Shown piece after piece: positions 8,814 through 18,778 of a DNA stretch of 64,000 nucleotides (its first letter is position 1; each line of letters starts with the position of its first letter). The DNA lies in the IMG/VR virus record IMGVR_UViG_3300045993_000562, positions 12,148 to 76,147 of that record; one strand, 5' to 3'. Source of the DNA: a virus. The position numbers and the translations under genes are program-made. The notes beneath the pieces were generated by a model. It did no database searches. It was given only the letters and a program-made list of their open reading frames with translations, and had not been told where the DNA came from.

Positions 8814-10090
8814 GCTATTACCTCCTTTTTCTTAAAATGTAACAGGATAGAGGAATGGATACCGTCTACGCTGTCACCAATTCCACGTAGGTCATCTGGG
8901 AGGATGCCATGCTGAGTCAGTACCTCACTAAACTTACTAGTACCGAGTTCCCACTTATGGTCGCTGTGACGAGAGCCTTCTTCTGAGATGTCATAGTTGA
9001 CGTTGAAGTCCTTATTAGGAACGGTGATTACAATCTGGTTGTAGTCGGTTTTCAACAGGGCTCGAAGTAACGACATGGCTTGATCCAATTCCATGTGCTC
9101 AATCACTTCAGTGAGTAAGATATCCGCCCCTTCTAGCATATAAGCAGCCGTATCAACATATCCTGCATTGATCTCCTCACAGGTAACTACAACGTTTTCC
9201 AGCCCCCAACCTTTAGCTTTTCCAGTGCTGTCTTCTGCCACCACTGGATCAGCATCAAATGCATCTACCATGCCATACTTTTTAGCTAGGCGTTTGGAGA
9301 AGAACAACTCTCCACATCCAACGTCTACTAAACGCTCTCCACCTTTTAGTATCTCGGCCACTGCATCAAAGCGGTGTCTGCGAGTGTCACCATAATTCAT
9401 CACAGTGCCGGCTAGTTGCATACTTTCACGATACGTGTTGAACGTATGCTTATCCGAGAACACGGTGCGGTTGAACAGGTAACGGATGAAGTACGGTGCA
9501 TTGACACGGTTCAGCGCACGAATGTAGAACTCGATTGCAGAAGCGTTCATGTCAATGTAACACTCTTTATCGTACATAGCCTGAATGAGACAGAATACAA
9601 CCATCACGTTCAGAATAGTCTGTACCGAGTTACCCTCGATATGTATGGTGTACATTTGTCCGGATAGAATCCCCATCTCGATTTTAGCCATGTTCACGAA
9701 GTGACGAGCACAAGCTGAAGCAATCTTAGGGTTTGAAACCTTGATTACTGTCTCAACGTAGCTAGTGAATTCCGGTGTATCAAACTCACTCTCTTTCTTG
9801 AGAGCTGAGGCTAATGCAGTAGTCACCATGCCTATTGGGAGATATGGGCTGCTGTACCTGGTTTTATCAAGGTATTCCCATTCGCTAAAACTTACAAAAG
9901 AGACTTCAGTGTCTGAATCCTTAAATAGGAGTTTGAACTCTGAATCATCTGCTTTATTAAACCAACCATATAGTTTTCCTTTACGAAGATCTCTTGTAAA
10001 AGGCTCCAGCGAGGTGCGGATGGTTGCTGGATTTTTGGACAAAATAAAAGACAACTTGGGGTTATTAGACCCTACTTTCAATATAGACAT
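8810..10090 (-). CDS. hen1: Hen1 RNA 2'-O-methyltransferase
   Basis: N-terminal LSFILSKNP and YLDKTRY ligase-activating domain; DVGCGE, EVIEH, TVPNKDFN, RHSDHKWE; ATGA overlap with pnkp. Confidence 0.88.
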   Translation of the reverse strand: MSILKVGSNNPKLSFILSKNPATIRTSLEPFTRDLRKGKLYGWFNKADDSEFKLLFKDSDTEVSFVSFSEWEYLDKTRYSSPYLPIGMVTTALASALKKESEFDTPEFTSYVETVIKVSNPKIASACARHFVNMAKIEMGILSGQMYTIHIEGNSVQTILNVMVVFCLIQAMYDKECYIDMNASAIEFYIRALNRVNAPYFIRYLFNRTVFSDKHTFNTYRESMQLAGTVMNYGDTRRHRFDAVAEILKGGERLVDVGCGELFFSKRLAKKYGMVDAFDADPVVAEDSTGKAKGWGLENVVVTCEEINAGYVDTAAYMLEGADILLTEVIEHMELDQAMSLLRALLKTDYNQIVITVPNKDFNVNYDISEEGSRHSDHKWELGTSKFSEVLTQHGILPDDLRGIGDSVDGIHSSILLHFKKKEVIA

Positions 10091-10109
10091 TGAAGTCTCC
10101 CTACGTTCG

Positions 10110-10589
10110 TTAAACTACTATGGTCACTTTGTGTTTCGCAGCTAACATCCTCATTGTGGCAAGGTCGGCCTCCCTATCTTTAGCAACTTTCTTAACCTTA
10201 GCTTTTGCTGCAGCTATTCTGCGTTTCTCAGCAGTCTGCTCCTTCCTCTCCTTTTGAACCATGCGAGTTCTGTATTCATCATCAGACTCTAAAGTAAACA
10301 CTTGAATGTTTGCGAAACCCTCGTATTCATAGAACTCCTCTACCACGTATTTCACTGAGGTGGGGTTAGGGTACTCTGACGTACTAATATCACTAGTCAA
10401 CTGATTCCACACGTCAGCTACGATAGCCCGAATCATATCTACGTAGGATTCAATTAACTCCCCGATAGGGTTATCGTTAGTGTCTAAATACAGATTAGGA
10501 GACTCTCCTATCTGTAGTACCGGTTCTGGAACACTAAAGTTAATAGTCTCCATACCTCTAAGTACGTATCTTCTGTCATCCATCATCAT
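10110..10589 (-). CDS. Hypothetical protein
   Basis: 159 aa, AGGAG RBS, promoter motif at 10621. Confidence 0.65.
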   Translation of the reverse strand: MMMDDRRYVLRGMETINFSVPEPVLQIGESPNLYLDTNDNPIGELIESYVDMIRAIVADVWNQLTSDISTSEYPNPTSVKYVVEEFYEYEGFANIQVFTLESDDEYRTRMVQKERKEQTAEKRRIAAAKAKVKKVAKDREADLATMRMLAAKHKVTIVV

Positions 10590-10633
10590 TCTCCTAAGTT
10601 AATAAAAGGTCCTACTATTTCTTATACCAATAA

Positions 10634-10831
10634 TCAGACCTCACATTGACGGATGATAACATCCACTATCTTCTCTATTTCTAACATACGAACTCTATCT
10701 AAAGAGGCCGGGTTCTCCTCACTGGACAGACCTGCTCTACTCAACTCGTCACAGAACTCTACATTGTTAGATAGGCCTTCATATTCTAAAAACAGGCTAC
10801 GCAATTCTTCAAACGGTTTCGAGGCCATCAA
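10634..10831 (-). CDS. Hypothetical protein
   Basis: 65 aa, AGGAG RBS. Confidence 0.5.
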   Translation of the reverse strand: MMASKPFEELRSLFLEYEGLSNNVEFCDELSRAGLSSEENPASLDRVRMLEIEKIVDVIIRQCEV

Positions 10832-11465
10832 TAATCTCCTGAATCTCTAGGTTACATTGTTCGATTAACTCCTCTGCTGAGGCCGAAGTGTCTTCATCTA
10901 ATCCTCTTTCAATAAGGTCCGAGATAGACCTTTGCAAGGAAGAGAGTTTGTTTGTACACGATTTGAGCGTAGGTAACAATGCTGACATGGAAGCATTGTC
11001 TACTAATCGTAGTATATCCCCCTCTAGCTCCTCTATCAAACCCTTCTCTATTACAACTATCTCAGAGTTTGGCCGTATATTGGCTGTACGCCTAGTGCTA
11101 CTTATCATCTCTATCCTTATAGAGAGACCCTCCCTACCTCTGAAGGTTTGGGTAGTGGGCACCCCACCAGGGGCCAGATACCTCATATCGGACATCCTGC
11201 CATCATCCCTATAGTCAAGGTTAAACACTTGCCCACTGAGACATGCGGGCCCCTCGAAGAACTTATCAGTAATGCTCTTAATAGAACACTCTAGGGTATT
11301 ACTCTTCGTAGTAAAAGGCTTCTGTTCTTTATTTACGTAAGGCTGATTGAAACTCTGCTGCATCAGCGCCCTGTTGTATAAATCCCTAGTCATTGCCCCT
11401 TCAAAAGGCGAGTTTGGAACCGCCTGGGCTCCAATCCCCCTACTAGTGGTTGCGGTTATAGCCAT
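10809..11465 (-). CDS. Hypothetical protein
   Basis: 218 aa, GGAG RBS. Confidence 0.6.
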   Translation of the reverse strand: MAITATTSRGIGAQAVPNSPFEGAMTRDLYNRALMQQSFNQPYVNKEQKPFTTKSNTLECSIKSITDKFFEGPACLSGQVFNLDYRDDGRMSDMRYLAPGGVPTTQTFRGREGLSIRIEMISSTRRTANIRPNSEIVVIEKGLIEELEGDILRLVDNASMSALLPTLKSCTNKLSSLQRSISDLIERGLDEDTSASAEELIEQCNLEIQEIIDGLETV

Positions 11466-11508
11466 CGTTTCTCCGATCTATTAAAGGAAAAGCCGGTTAT
11501 TAGCCGGC

Positions 11509-13104
11509 TTATTGTTTTGTTAAGATGATTGCTTCAATCTCTGCTTGGGTTACACCTCTATGTACTACTTCGGCGTTACCCCAAGAGGTTCCTATCTCAG
11601 CTTCAACTCCGATTGGAATATCTAACCATGGGAAAAACTCCATAGGCCAATCGTTCATGTATTTGAATCCAGCCTCTACTGCTGCTGCTGCATTGTGGAG
11701 AGGAACCTCCCATTCACAGCTGTCGAAAACAGTGCATATTGCCTTACCTCCTAATGGCTTCATTCCACTGTTATTCAATTCAGCGAATGCCACCAAACCT
11801 AGCGTGGATGTGGGACTTTGAATGTATGCGTTTTGGGAATTTCTCAAGGCTGCGTTATAGGCTGCAGTCTTTCGAAAGCAATCTAGAGTCCCATACTCTT
11901 GCCTCCTTTGACCGAATGGTGTAACTATTCTCTGATTAAGTTTAGCCTGCATATGTACAGTCTCAATAAAGGTCTTTACCTTTGGAAACTTATCAAAGTA
12001 TAGGTTTATCAGCCCCTTAGCCTCATCCTCTGAAATGTTCAGGCCTACTGCAATACCTTTGGCACTAGATCCATAGACTATACCGAATCCAACAGCCTTA
12101 GCACCCTGCCTTAGTTGTTTATACCTAGAGTTTTCCTTGGCCGTCTTATCTTTTAGTACAGCCTTAAACTCATCATATGGCACACCCAACATTGATGAGG
12201 CCGTAAAGGTATGGAAGTCGAAACCTTTAAAACAGGCCTCTTTCATGGCATCATCTCCAGATAAACATGCTAGAATTTTCATTTCAGCACTGGAGAAATC
12301 GAACAATATCATTACGTTACCTGGCTCTACATCGTAACAATCACGGATGTTGTACCCGTGTTTAGGTCTAGGTATCTGAGTAAGGTTGGGTTCCCCACCA
12401 GTTATCCTAAAAGAACTGGTACCATGTAAGAAGTAGCCGGGGTGCAGTCTAGAATCATGTTTTACGAAGTCGTCAATGTAGTTCGTAATGAACATGTTTT
12501 TTGAGGAGTTGATATCTTTTAACTTCGCTAGCCATGCTAGATATTGATGATCTGGGTTCTTGGGTATGTAATTACCAGGCTCTTTAGGGTCTATGCCTGC
12601 TAGAAGTAGGAGGGCGTCCCCATCGGTACTAGGTTCACCGGAGGTTGTTGTATATGGGGCTATAAAGTTCTTCTCGCCGTATAAGAACTTCTGCATTTCT
12701 ATCCCAGAAGAGTAGTTTATCTCTCTACCTATCATTTTGAAAACCCCATCCTCTAGTATGGCAATTTCTTCAGCCATACTAGTATTGATTCTACGGTTCT
12801 CAGCCTTGTTGTAGTGTAATCCATTGATCTCTAAATCTAAAATGTAATCCAGAGTTTTCAACGTCACATCTTCATTAACATCAATAAGGGCTGGCATGTT
12901 GACCTTGTTAAAGGTATCCCCACTTACACTCTCAATGAACTCAGGCCTCTCTATCAACCTAGGAAACACTTTAGAAAGCAACCTGCTGGTCGCTATACAA
13001 TCTAGCCCAGCATAGAGGTTCAGCTTATCGTATTCGAAATCCTCATACGTCCTATAGACTGGTTTGGTTTCAGCTTTCGCTTCCCCCGTTTGAATCACTG
13101 CCAT
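11509..13104 (-). CDS. Family A DNA polymerase, polymerase subunit (carries the ExoIII motif)
   Basis: YAGLD (ExoIII), PNLTQIP, motif A DFSSAEMK, motif B RQGAKAVGFGIVYG, motif C TVFDS; AAGGAG RBS before ATG 13104. Confidence 0.9.
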   Translation of the reverse strand: MAVIQTGEAKAETKPVYRTYEDFEYDKLNLYAGLDCIATSRLLSKVFPRLIERPEFIESVSGDTFNKVNMPALIDVNEDVTLKTLDYILDLEINGLHYNKAENRRINTSMAEEIAILEDGVFKMIGREINYSSGIEMQKFLYGEKNFIAPYTTTSGEPSTDGDALLLLAGIDPKEPGNYIPKNPDHQYLAWLAKLKDINSSKNMFITNYIDDFVKHDSRLHPGYFLHGTSSFRITGGEPNLTQIPRPKHGYNIRDCYDVEPGNVMILFDFSSAEMKILACLSGDDAMKEACFKGFDFHTFTASSMLGVPYDEFKAVLKDKTAKENSRYKQLRQGAKAVGFGIVYGSSAKGIAVGLNISEDEAKGLINLYFDKFPKVKTFIETVHMQAKLNQRIVTPFGQRRQEYGTLDCFRKTAAYNAALRNSQNAYIQSPTSTLGLVAFAELNNSGMKPLGGKAICTVFDSCEWEVPLHNAAAAVEAGFKYMNDWPMEFFPWLDIPIGVEAEIGTSWGNAEVVHRGVTQAEIEAIILTKQ

Positions 13105-14410
13105 CTTCACTTTCTCCTTCTTCGTTTTCATCCTCACCCTCAGTTGTTCCAGGGGCAGTACTTCTACCTTTGGTCAACTTTGGTAATAGATTTTCATATC
13201 CGCCAATACTTAGTTCGGGGGCGAAATCCCAAATTGCAGTTTTAAGAGAGAACGTCCCTTGGGCACCGCTATCCAAATCATGCAAAAGAAGCATGGTATC
13301 GAACTTTACCCCTTGTAGTCTTATACCCGTAGTATGGAAAATCATTAAAATATCAAACTTGATATTATGACCAACCTTATACATAAGAGGATCTAAAAGA
13401 ACTGGTGCCAATAAAGCCCAAGCTTCATCAGGGTCATAGTAGGTGTTACCACTATGCCATAATGGAATTACCACTGCTTTATAGATAGGCTCACCATTCT
13501 TGTCGCAGCTAGTACCGTCCCTCCAACCGAATTGAATAGTCAGAAGCTTAGCGTCTATAGCCATAGGATCCAAACCATTCGTCTCCGTGTCAATCGAGGT
13601 TATAGATCCAGTACCGCTGAAACTGGCCAACTTCGCAACAGCTTCACGAACGTCTTCAATGCTTTGACATATTGAGATATTCCGAACCTGAGCCTGTACG
13701 CCTTCCTCCAACGTCAGTAACTTCAAATCGCCACGTGCAAGCCTGGCTGCCTTCTCGAAGTCTCTACGAATTACCTCGAAGTAGTCATAGCTCCACATAG
13801 CCCCAGATGCGTTCTGACGAATCATTGTCAGTGCTTTAGGATGTAGTGTGATAACTACTTGACTACCCAATGCATTAGTAATCTCTCCTCGGTTACCGGT
13901 ATTAGAATGCTTCAACAATCCTAAGGCCTTAGTTACAGCCGTAGTTAGGCTGATGATCACTTTAGGTTTAGTGCGTTCAATCTCACCTAAAAGATAAGGC
14001 CTACACTTCATCAACGTTCTCTGTGATGGAGACTTTCCTTTAGGGAAGTTCTTTAAGTCATTAGGACACTTAAGCAAACTTACTACTTGATACGTTAATT
14101 GTCCAAACCCAGCCTTATCGGCTAACGTCTGAATGATACCTTTGTTAATTATCTCTCTTTGATCGTCTCTATAGTCGTACTTACCTCTGAGTTCAGGATG
14201 GTCCTGGATTATCAGAATGTCAACCGGCTTATTCAAAAGGGAAACCTTGGAGGGATTCTTACATGGGAGAATACATACCTTCTCACAGTAAGTCTTAGAT
14301 AAAGAAGAGAAGTCTTCCTTAGCTAATATTGCAATCTCCACCGATGGCGTCATCTTAGGTTTAGCGTACAACTCGTCTAGAGGCAAATCTTTCGTTGTTA
14401 ATCTTGCCAT
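13070..14410 (-). CDS. DNA polymerase N-terminal subunit: UDG-like domain + 3'-5' exonuclease (ExoI, ExoII)
   Basis: KC...CRPYLLGEIERTKPKVII...TLHP (family-4 UDG fold); IDTETNG, GHNIKFD, DTMLL; GGAG RBS before ATG 14410. Confidence 0.8.
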   Translation of the reverse strand: MARLTTKDLPLDELYAKPKMTPSVEIAILAKEDFSSLSKTYCEKVCILPCKNPSKVSLLNKPVDILIIQDHPELRGKYDYRDDQREIINKGIIQTLADKAGFGQLTYQVVSLLKCPNDLKNFPKGKSPSQRTLMKCRPYLLGEIERTKPKVIISLTTAVTKALGLLKHSNTGNRGEITNALGSQVVITLHPKALTMIRQNASGAMWSYDYFEVIRRDFEKAARLARGDLKLLTLEEGVQAQVRNISICQSIEDVREAVAKLASFSGTGSITSIDTETNGLDPMAIDAKLLTIQFGWRDGTSCDKNGEPIYKAVVIPLWHSGNTYYDPDEAWALLAPVLLDPLMYKVGHNIKFDILMIFHTTGIRLQGVKFDTMLLLHDLDSGAQGTFSLKTAIWDFAPELSIGGYENLLPKLTKGRSTAPGTTEGEDENEEGESEDGSDSNGGSES

Positions 14411-14626
14411 TATTAGACTCCATTTAATTAAAAAGAGGGTACCCAAATCGCCATGACTTGGATACCCCGAGGCTCTCATTGCTCTAGGAGGAGATTTTGA
14501 GCCAGTTGCTTTTTCCGGAAATCCAGATCTGCAACATGAAGACATTTGCCGTTGGGAGAAACAGCATCCTTCTTCACACTATACTTATACCACAAAACCA
14601 CTACTTTGTTTAACCAAAATAAGGCT

Positions 14627-15162
14627 TCCGCACTTTCTACGCACTTCCTTCCGCACTTTTTATTTGAGCTTTTTCTTTATAATCAAACACTTAACACTTT
14701 CTTCCGCACTTTATTTGAATTCTCCGCACTTTTTATTTATGGTTAAGTATTTGATTTGATTAAAGAAAAGACCCTTTTTCCGCACTTCCGCACTTTTTTG
14801 GAGAAAAATACATAACAATAGTATTTTATTAAATAATAAAAAATATGGGTTAAAACCTTGTAAATGCCTATATTTATATATCTGGTTTTTTAAAAAGTAG
14901 GTATATATAAGGGATATGTTTAAAACACCCACACCTTTTACTGATTTTCTTGGGTTTTTAAATAATACTATTGTTATATATTTTTCTCCAAAAAAGTGCG
15001 GAAGTGCGGAAAAAGGGTCTTTTCCTGTTTGTATTCAAATACTTAAGTGAAAATAAAAAGTGCGGAGAATTCAAATAAAGTGCGGAAGAAAAGGTTAAGT
15101 GTTTGATTATAAAGAAAAAGCCTAAATAAAAAGTGCGGAAGGAAGTGCGTAGAAAGTGCGGA
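14627..15162. repeat. Large imperfect inverted repeat with 7+7 CGCACTT iterons around an AT-rich core; putative replication origin
   Basis: Left arm 14627-14825 mirrors right arm 14964-15162; ~138 bp AT-rich spacer; adjacent to DNA polymerase genes. Confidence 0.8.
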
Positions 15163-15182
15163 GACGAATCTCCACACCTTTA

Positions 15183-16073
15183 TCACCCATTCACTATTTC
15201 ATTTTCAAGAGCCAGCATGCTCCTTAAGAACTCCTCACTCAGGTTAGACCTTGTTAAAGGGTTGTTCTCCCTATTATTGCGCAAGGCCGGATACATATTA
15301 ATGTTTATATCAGTGGAGTTCTCTACTACCATGAGCAAGAAGGTCTTTGAGCTGAATACTTCAGTGGAATCTACTCTACTGTTATTCACTACTACTCGAG
15401 TATGCGGGTCTATAACTCTTACAGTCTCACTAACTAACACTTGGATATTCACTGCCGCTACCGTCTTATGCTTATTGAATATCCCTGCTGTACTCCTATG
15501 CACATCAAACCTTAGAGTTGAAGCAATGTTAGAACCATCAATCCTAGCGGCCTTCTTACGGTTAGCCTCCTTAATAACTTCCTCTCTACAGATACTCTTA
15601 AGCAAGTCATTAAGCTTCTCACTATGATTGAGGGAATCAGCGTCCTTACCTATGAACACTCTACGAAGGTTTATGTTATCCTCCCCGTCGTCTTCGAAGA
15701 TCAATCCTGTAAATTCCTTTTTCACAGCTACCTGTAAAGGTGGTGCGTTTTCAGGAACTACAGTTTTAACTAGTGTCAACGGTGGGGCTGCTACTTCTAC
15801 AACCGGAGTCTTCTCAACTTTTACCAGAGGTGGAGGGCCGGCAGGCTCAACTTTAGTCAGGGGTGGAACATCAGCTTTCGGTACTGGTGTAAGCGGTGGT
15901 ACAGAATCCCCTTTAGAATCGTTTTGAGGCACCTTAGACGCGTTAACTTGTGTCAACCCAGGTGCCACTACCTTAACTAATTCTGGAGCGTTTAAAACAA
16001 CCTTTTCTACCTTTTGTAAAACCGGCACTGACCCTTGAGTAGAGCCATTACCTTCTACGAGTATAGTACTCAT
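15183..16073 (-). CDS. Hypothetical protein with N-terminal PPL(T/V)KV repeats
   Basis: 296 aa; about 5 PPL repeats; AAGGAG RBS. Confidence 0.65.
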   Translation of the reverse strand: MSTILVEGNGSTQGSVPVLQKVEKVVLNAPELVKVVAPGLTQVNASKVPQNDSKGDSVPPLTPVPKADVPPLTKVEPAGPPPLVKVEKTPVVEVAAPPLTLVKTVVPENAPPLQVAVKKEFTGLIFEDDGEDNINLRRVFIGKDADSLNHSEKLNDLLKSICREEVIKEANRKKAARIDGSNIASTLRFDVHRSTAGIFNKHKTVAAVNIQVLVSETVRVIDPHTRVVVNNSRVDSTEVFSSKTFLLMVVENSTDININMYPALRNNRENNPLTRSNLSEEFLRSMLALENEIVNG

Positions 16074-16089
16074 AACAACTCCTTTAGTT

Positions 16090-16323
16090 TCAGTGGGTTA
16101 TAGACGGTCCGGAAGGTTCCACCGGTACGCTGATCATTTCCATGCTAGCTACGTCCTTATAACAGGAGGTGCAGCGAAGTTTGGCACTACCTACTTCACC
16201 AATGATGGCTATGAAGTGAAAGTTGCCACACCCTTCACAACTCATAAGACTTTCGTCCTTGCCCCACGGTGCTCTTCTCCATTTGAAACCTGGAGCTTTA
16301 AAGATATCAAATATGTTCCCCAT
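16090..16323 (-). CDS. Small zinc-ribbon protein
   Basis: CEGC...CTSC; AGGAG RBS. Confidence 0.6.
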   Translation of the reverse strand: MGNIFDIFKAPGFKWRRAPWGKDESLMSCEGCGNFHFIAIIGEVGSAKLRCTSCYKDVASMEMISVPVEPSGPSITH

Positions 16324-16378
16324 GTCTACTCCTGTGTGTGAGAAAAAACGGGGCTTAGAATACGCCCCGTTGTGTTAC

Positions 16379-17278
16379 TTACTTGGTCAGTTCGGTTATA
16401 CGAGCCAGGTTCTTACGAATATCCGTAAGACTATTGACCAGCACAACTTTACTCTTGAGACCGCGGTTATCCAAAGCCTTAGTCATAGCATGGCTGCAGT
16501 GCTTCTGCCACACCAGGATGTGCTCCATGTTTTGGACACTGTCCACCGCACGCTTTGTGTTCTCATTCTTGATGAATCGAACGTACAGTTTGCTACTAAG
16601 GGTCTTCTTGATATCGCTAGCCTCACGATCCAACAGTCCCACTATACCCACTGTATGTATTAATGGATGTGCTGTTACCTGTACAACCTTTCCAGCCTGT
16701 GGGAGGTTGGGTAGCTCTGAACTAGCAGCATCCTGATGAATCCCCTCAACGGACATGGGGAAGAAATTGATCTTCCTCGGTTGAGTCTGAAGATTCACAA
16801 CTCGGGATCTCAGCTCAGCTTCAAGCGTCTCAGACGCCTTACGTACTGGTGATAGGATGTTCTCTATTTCCGTTTTGATGTACGTTGCTAAGTACTCTTC
16901 CAGAGACGGCATCTTACCACTGAGTGAAGCTCTTTCTTCAGCAATCAGAGCCATGTCCTTAACCGTCAGGTCTGCTACAGCTGTAACGCTCACTGGAGTA
17001 ACAGCCAGTGGACCAACTTCTACCGGTGTTGCTGCTGGAGAGGTTTGCACTACTTCAACTGGATTAGAATCCATCCAGTCTCTGATAGCGTATACCGCAC
17101 CTTGTGTCTTACGGCGGTCTGCTGATAGGACATCTTGGCATTGCTTTGTAGCAGCAGCCCTGCCGTGGTAACCAGAGTCCAAGGCTAGCAGCCTCAGATA
17201 CTCTGCATGGACCAGTGCTCTTTCTGCCGGGTTCCAAATTACGCATATCTTGCGCATCGGTGTTTGTACTTGTGTCAT
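16379..17278 (-). CDS. Hypothetical protein
   Basis: 299 aa, AGGAG RBS, promoter motif at 17330. Confidence 0.65.
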   Translation of the reverse strand: MTQVQTPMRKICVIWNPAERALVHAEYLRLLALDSGYHGRAAATKQCQDVLSADRRKTQGAVYAIRDWMDSNPVEVVQTSPAATPVEVGPLAVTPVSVTAVADLTVKDMALIAEERASLSGKMPSLEEYLATYIKTEIENILSPVRKASETLEAELRSRVVNLQTQPRKINFFPMSVEGIHQDAASSELPNLPQAGKVVQVTAHPLIHTVGIVGLLDREASDIKKTLSSKLYVRFIKNENTKRAVDSVQNMEHILVWQKHCSHAMTKALDNRGLKSKVVLVNSLTDIRKNLARITELTK

Positions 17279-17373
17279 GATTCACTCCTGTTAGAGTAGT
17301 TATGTAAAACGATATTGTTCTACATAATACTTATACCAAGAGGTGACGCCTAAGTTGAACTAAAAAAGACCTA

Positions 17374-17883
17374 CTAGTAGTAGATCTTTCCTTCCAACTT
17401 ATCTTTCTCCATCTGATCATACCTAGCTTTGAGCTCGGCGTTCTCATCATAGGAAAGTCCCAACACTTGCATCATCTTCTTCTTAACTAGCACGTTAGGT
17501 ATTCTTACCCCCCTCAGCAAGTTAAACCCCATCAGTGATGCTACCTCAGCCACGGCACCTGAGCGACAGATACCGGCATGACAGTGAACTACGACGTTCA
17601 TGTTCTGGGATTTAGCTAAGTCAAGAGCTGCCACTATGGCCAACGCTTGGCTATCCGTAATAGTAAACTCCCCGTATACGGGATGGTCAGCATTATCACA
17701 ATCAAAGAACTGGAACTGACGTACTTCCTTGAACTTATGTGCAGGTTTGGGGAATCCATCAGTTGAGAAGAACGACGCATTACCTGGGTCGGTTATCTGA
17801 ATGAGCATTGCATTATCGCCGCAATCGAAGTGAACTCCTTCTCTTACGGCTTCTGCACTTACGTTTTGTATGAATGGGGTCAT
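17374..17883 (-). CDS. Cys-based protein tyrosine/dual-specificity phosphatase-like protein
   Basis: HCHAGICRS (CX5R) motif. Confidence 0.85.
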   Translation of the reverse strand: MTPFIQNVSAEAVREGVHFDCGDNAMLIQITDPGNASFFSTDGFPKPAHKFKEVRQFQFFDCDNADHPVYGEFTITDSQALAIVAALDLAKSQNMNVVVHCHAGICRSGAVAEVASLMGFNLLRGVRIPNVLVKKKMMQVLGLSYDENAELKARYDQMEKDKLEGKIYY

Positions 17884-18018
17884 ATTATTTGACCGCGGTT
17901 GTGTTTTTGTGTTTCAAGGATTTACGCAGTAACTTGAGCCAAGTAGCTTTCTCCCCTTCCACATCCTTAGCCACACACTTCCCGTACAGCTTTTTAATCA
18001 GTTCCTTCACTTTCATTT

Positions 18019-18759
18019 TTAGACCCCCCAGTAAATTATGCTCCAAGTGCCGTCTTCAGCTTCTACTAATGCTGAACACGACTCAACCCAATCTCCGTCG
18101 TTCATATAGATTACCCCTTCAATAACCTTGATTTCAGGAGTATGGATATGCCCACAGATAATACCATCATAGTTGTGATGCTGACAGTATCTGACTAGAG
18201 TTTTTTCGAACTCAAATATAAAGCTAACAGCCTTCTTCACATTGTGCTTCAAGTACTTACTGAGACTCCAGTACCCGAACCCTAGCTTATGCCTGAACCA
18301 ATTGAACTTACCGTTCACCCATAACAGTACGTCATACGCCTTATCCCCAAGTATACCGATCCACGGAGCAAGCCTGGTTATTCCATCGAACATATCACCA
18401 TGAGTTATTAACAGGAGGTTACCGTCAGTATCTCTGTACTCAGCGTGGTTGACTACTTGGATGTTACCAAACATCAGTTGAGAGATGAATGGCCTGAGGA
18501 ATTCGTCGTGATTACCTGTGACGTAGGTCACCCTTACACCCTTACCGGCCATCTTCAGAACTTTGCTGATGACTTTAGTGTGAGACTTTTTCCACCGGAG
18601 TTTGTTCTGTTGAATCTTCCAGCCGTCAATGATATCCCCGACTAGAAAGAGATTGTCACACGTGTGATTCTTTAGGAAGTCCAACAATATATCAGCCTGA
18701 CAATCGTTGGTACCTAGATGGAGATCCGAAATGCAGATCGTTTTAAAATGAGTCTTCAT
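18019..18759 (-). CDS. Metallophosphoesterase (UDP-2,3-diacylglucosamine hydrolase-like family)
   Basis: SDLHLG, GDIIDGW, GNHD, HGD, GHIH, NDGDWVESC; GGAGG RBS. Confidence 0.82.
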   Translation of the reverse strand: MKTHFKTICISDLHLGTNDCQADILLDFLKNHTCDNLFLVGDIIDGWKIQQNKLRWKKSHTKVISKVLKMAGKGVRVTYVTGNHDEFLRPFISQLMFGNIQVVNHAEYRDTDGNLLLITHGDMFDGITRLAPWIGILGDKAYDVLLWVNGKFNWFRHKLGFGYWSLSKYLKHNVKKAVSFIFEFEKTLVRYCQHHNYDGIICGHIHTPEIKVIEGVIYMNDGDWVESCSALVEAEDGTWSIIYWGV

Positions 18760-18778
18760 CAGACCTCCTATCATTAAG

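Noticed and set aside
13070-13137. Programmed frameshift, intron or intein at the polymerase split
   Set aside because: No convincing slippery site or intervening sequence; the downstream ORF has its own SD and ATG
14627-15162. Repeats as a CRISPR array; ORFs 14546-14746, 14711-14932 and 15133-15627
   Set aside because: Repeats are about 10 bp, irregularly spaced and inverted; the ORFs are low-complexity read-throughs of the repeat or antisense
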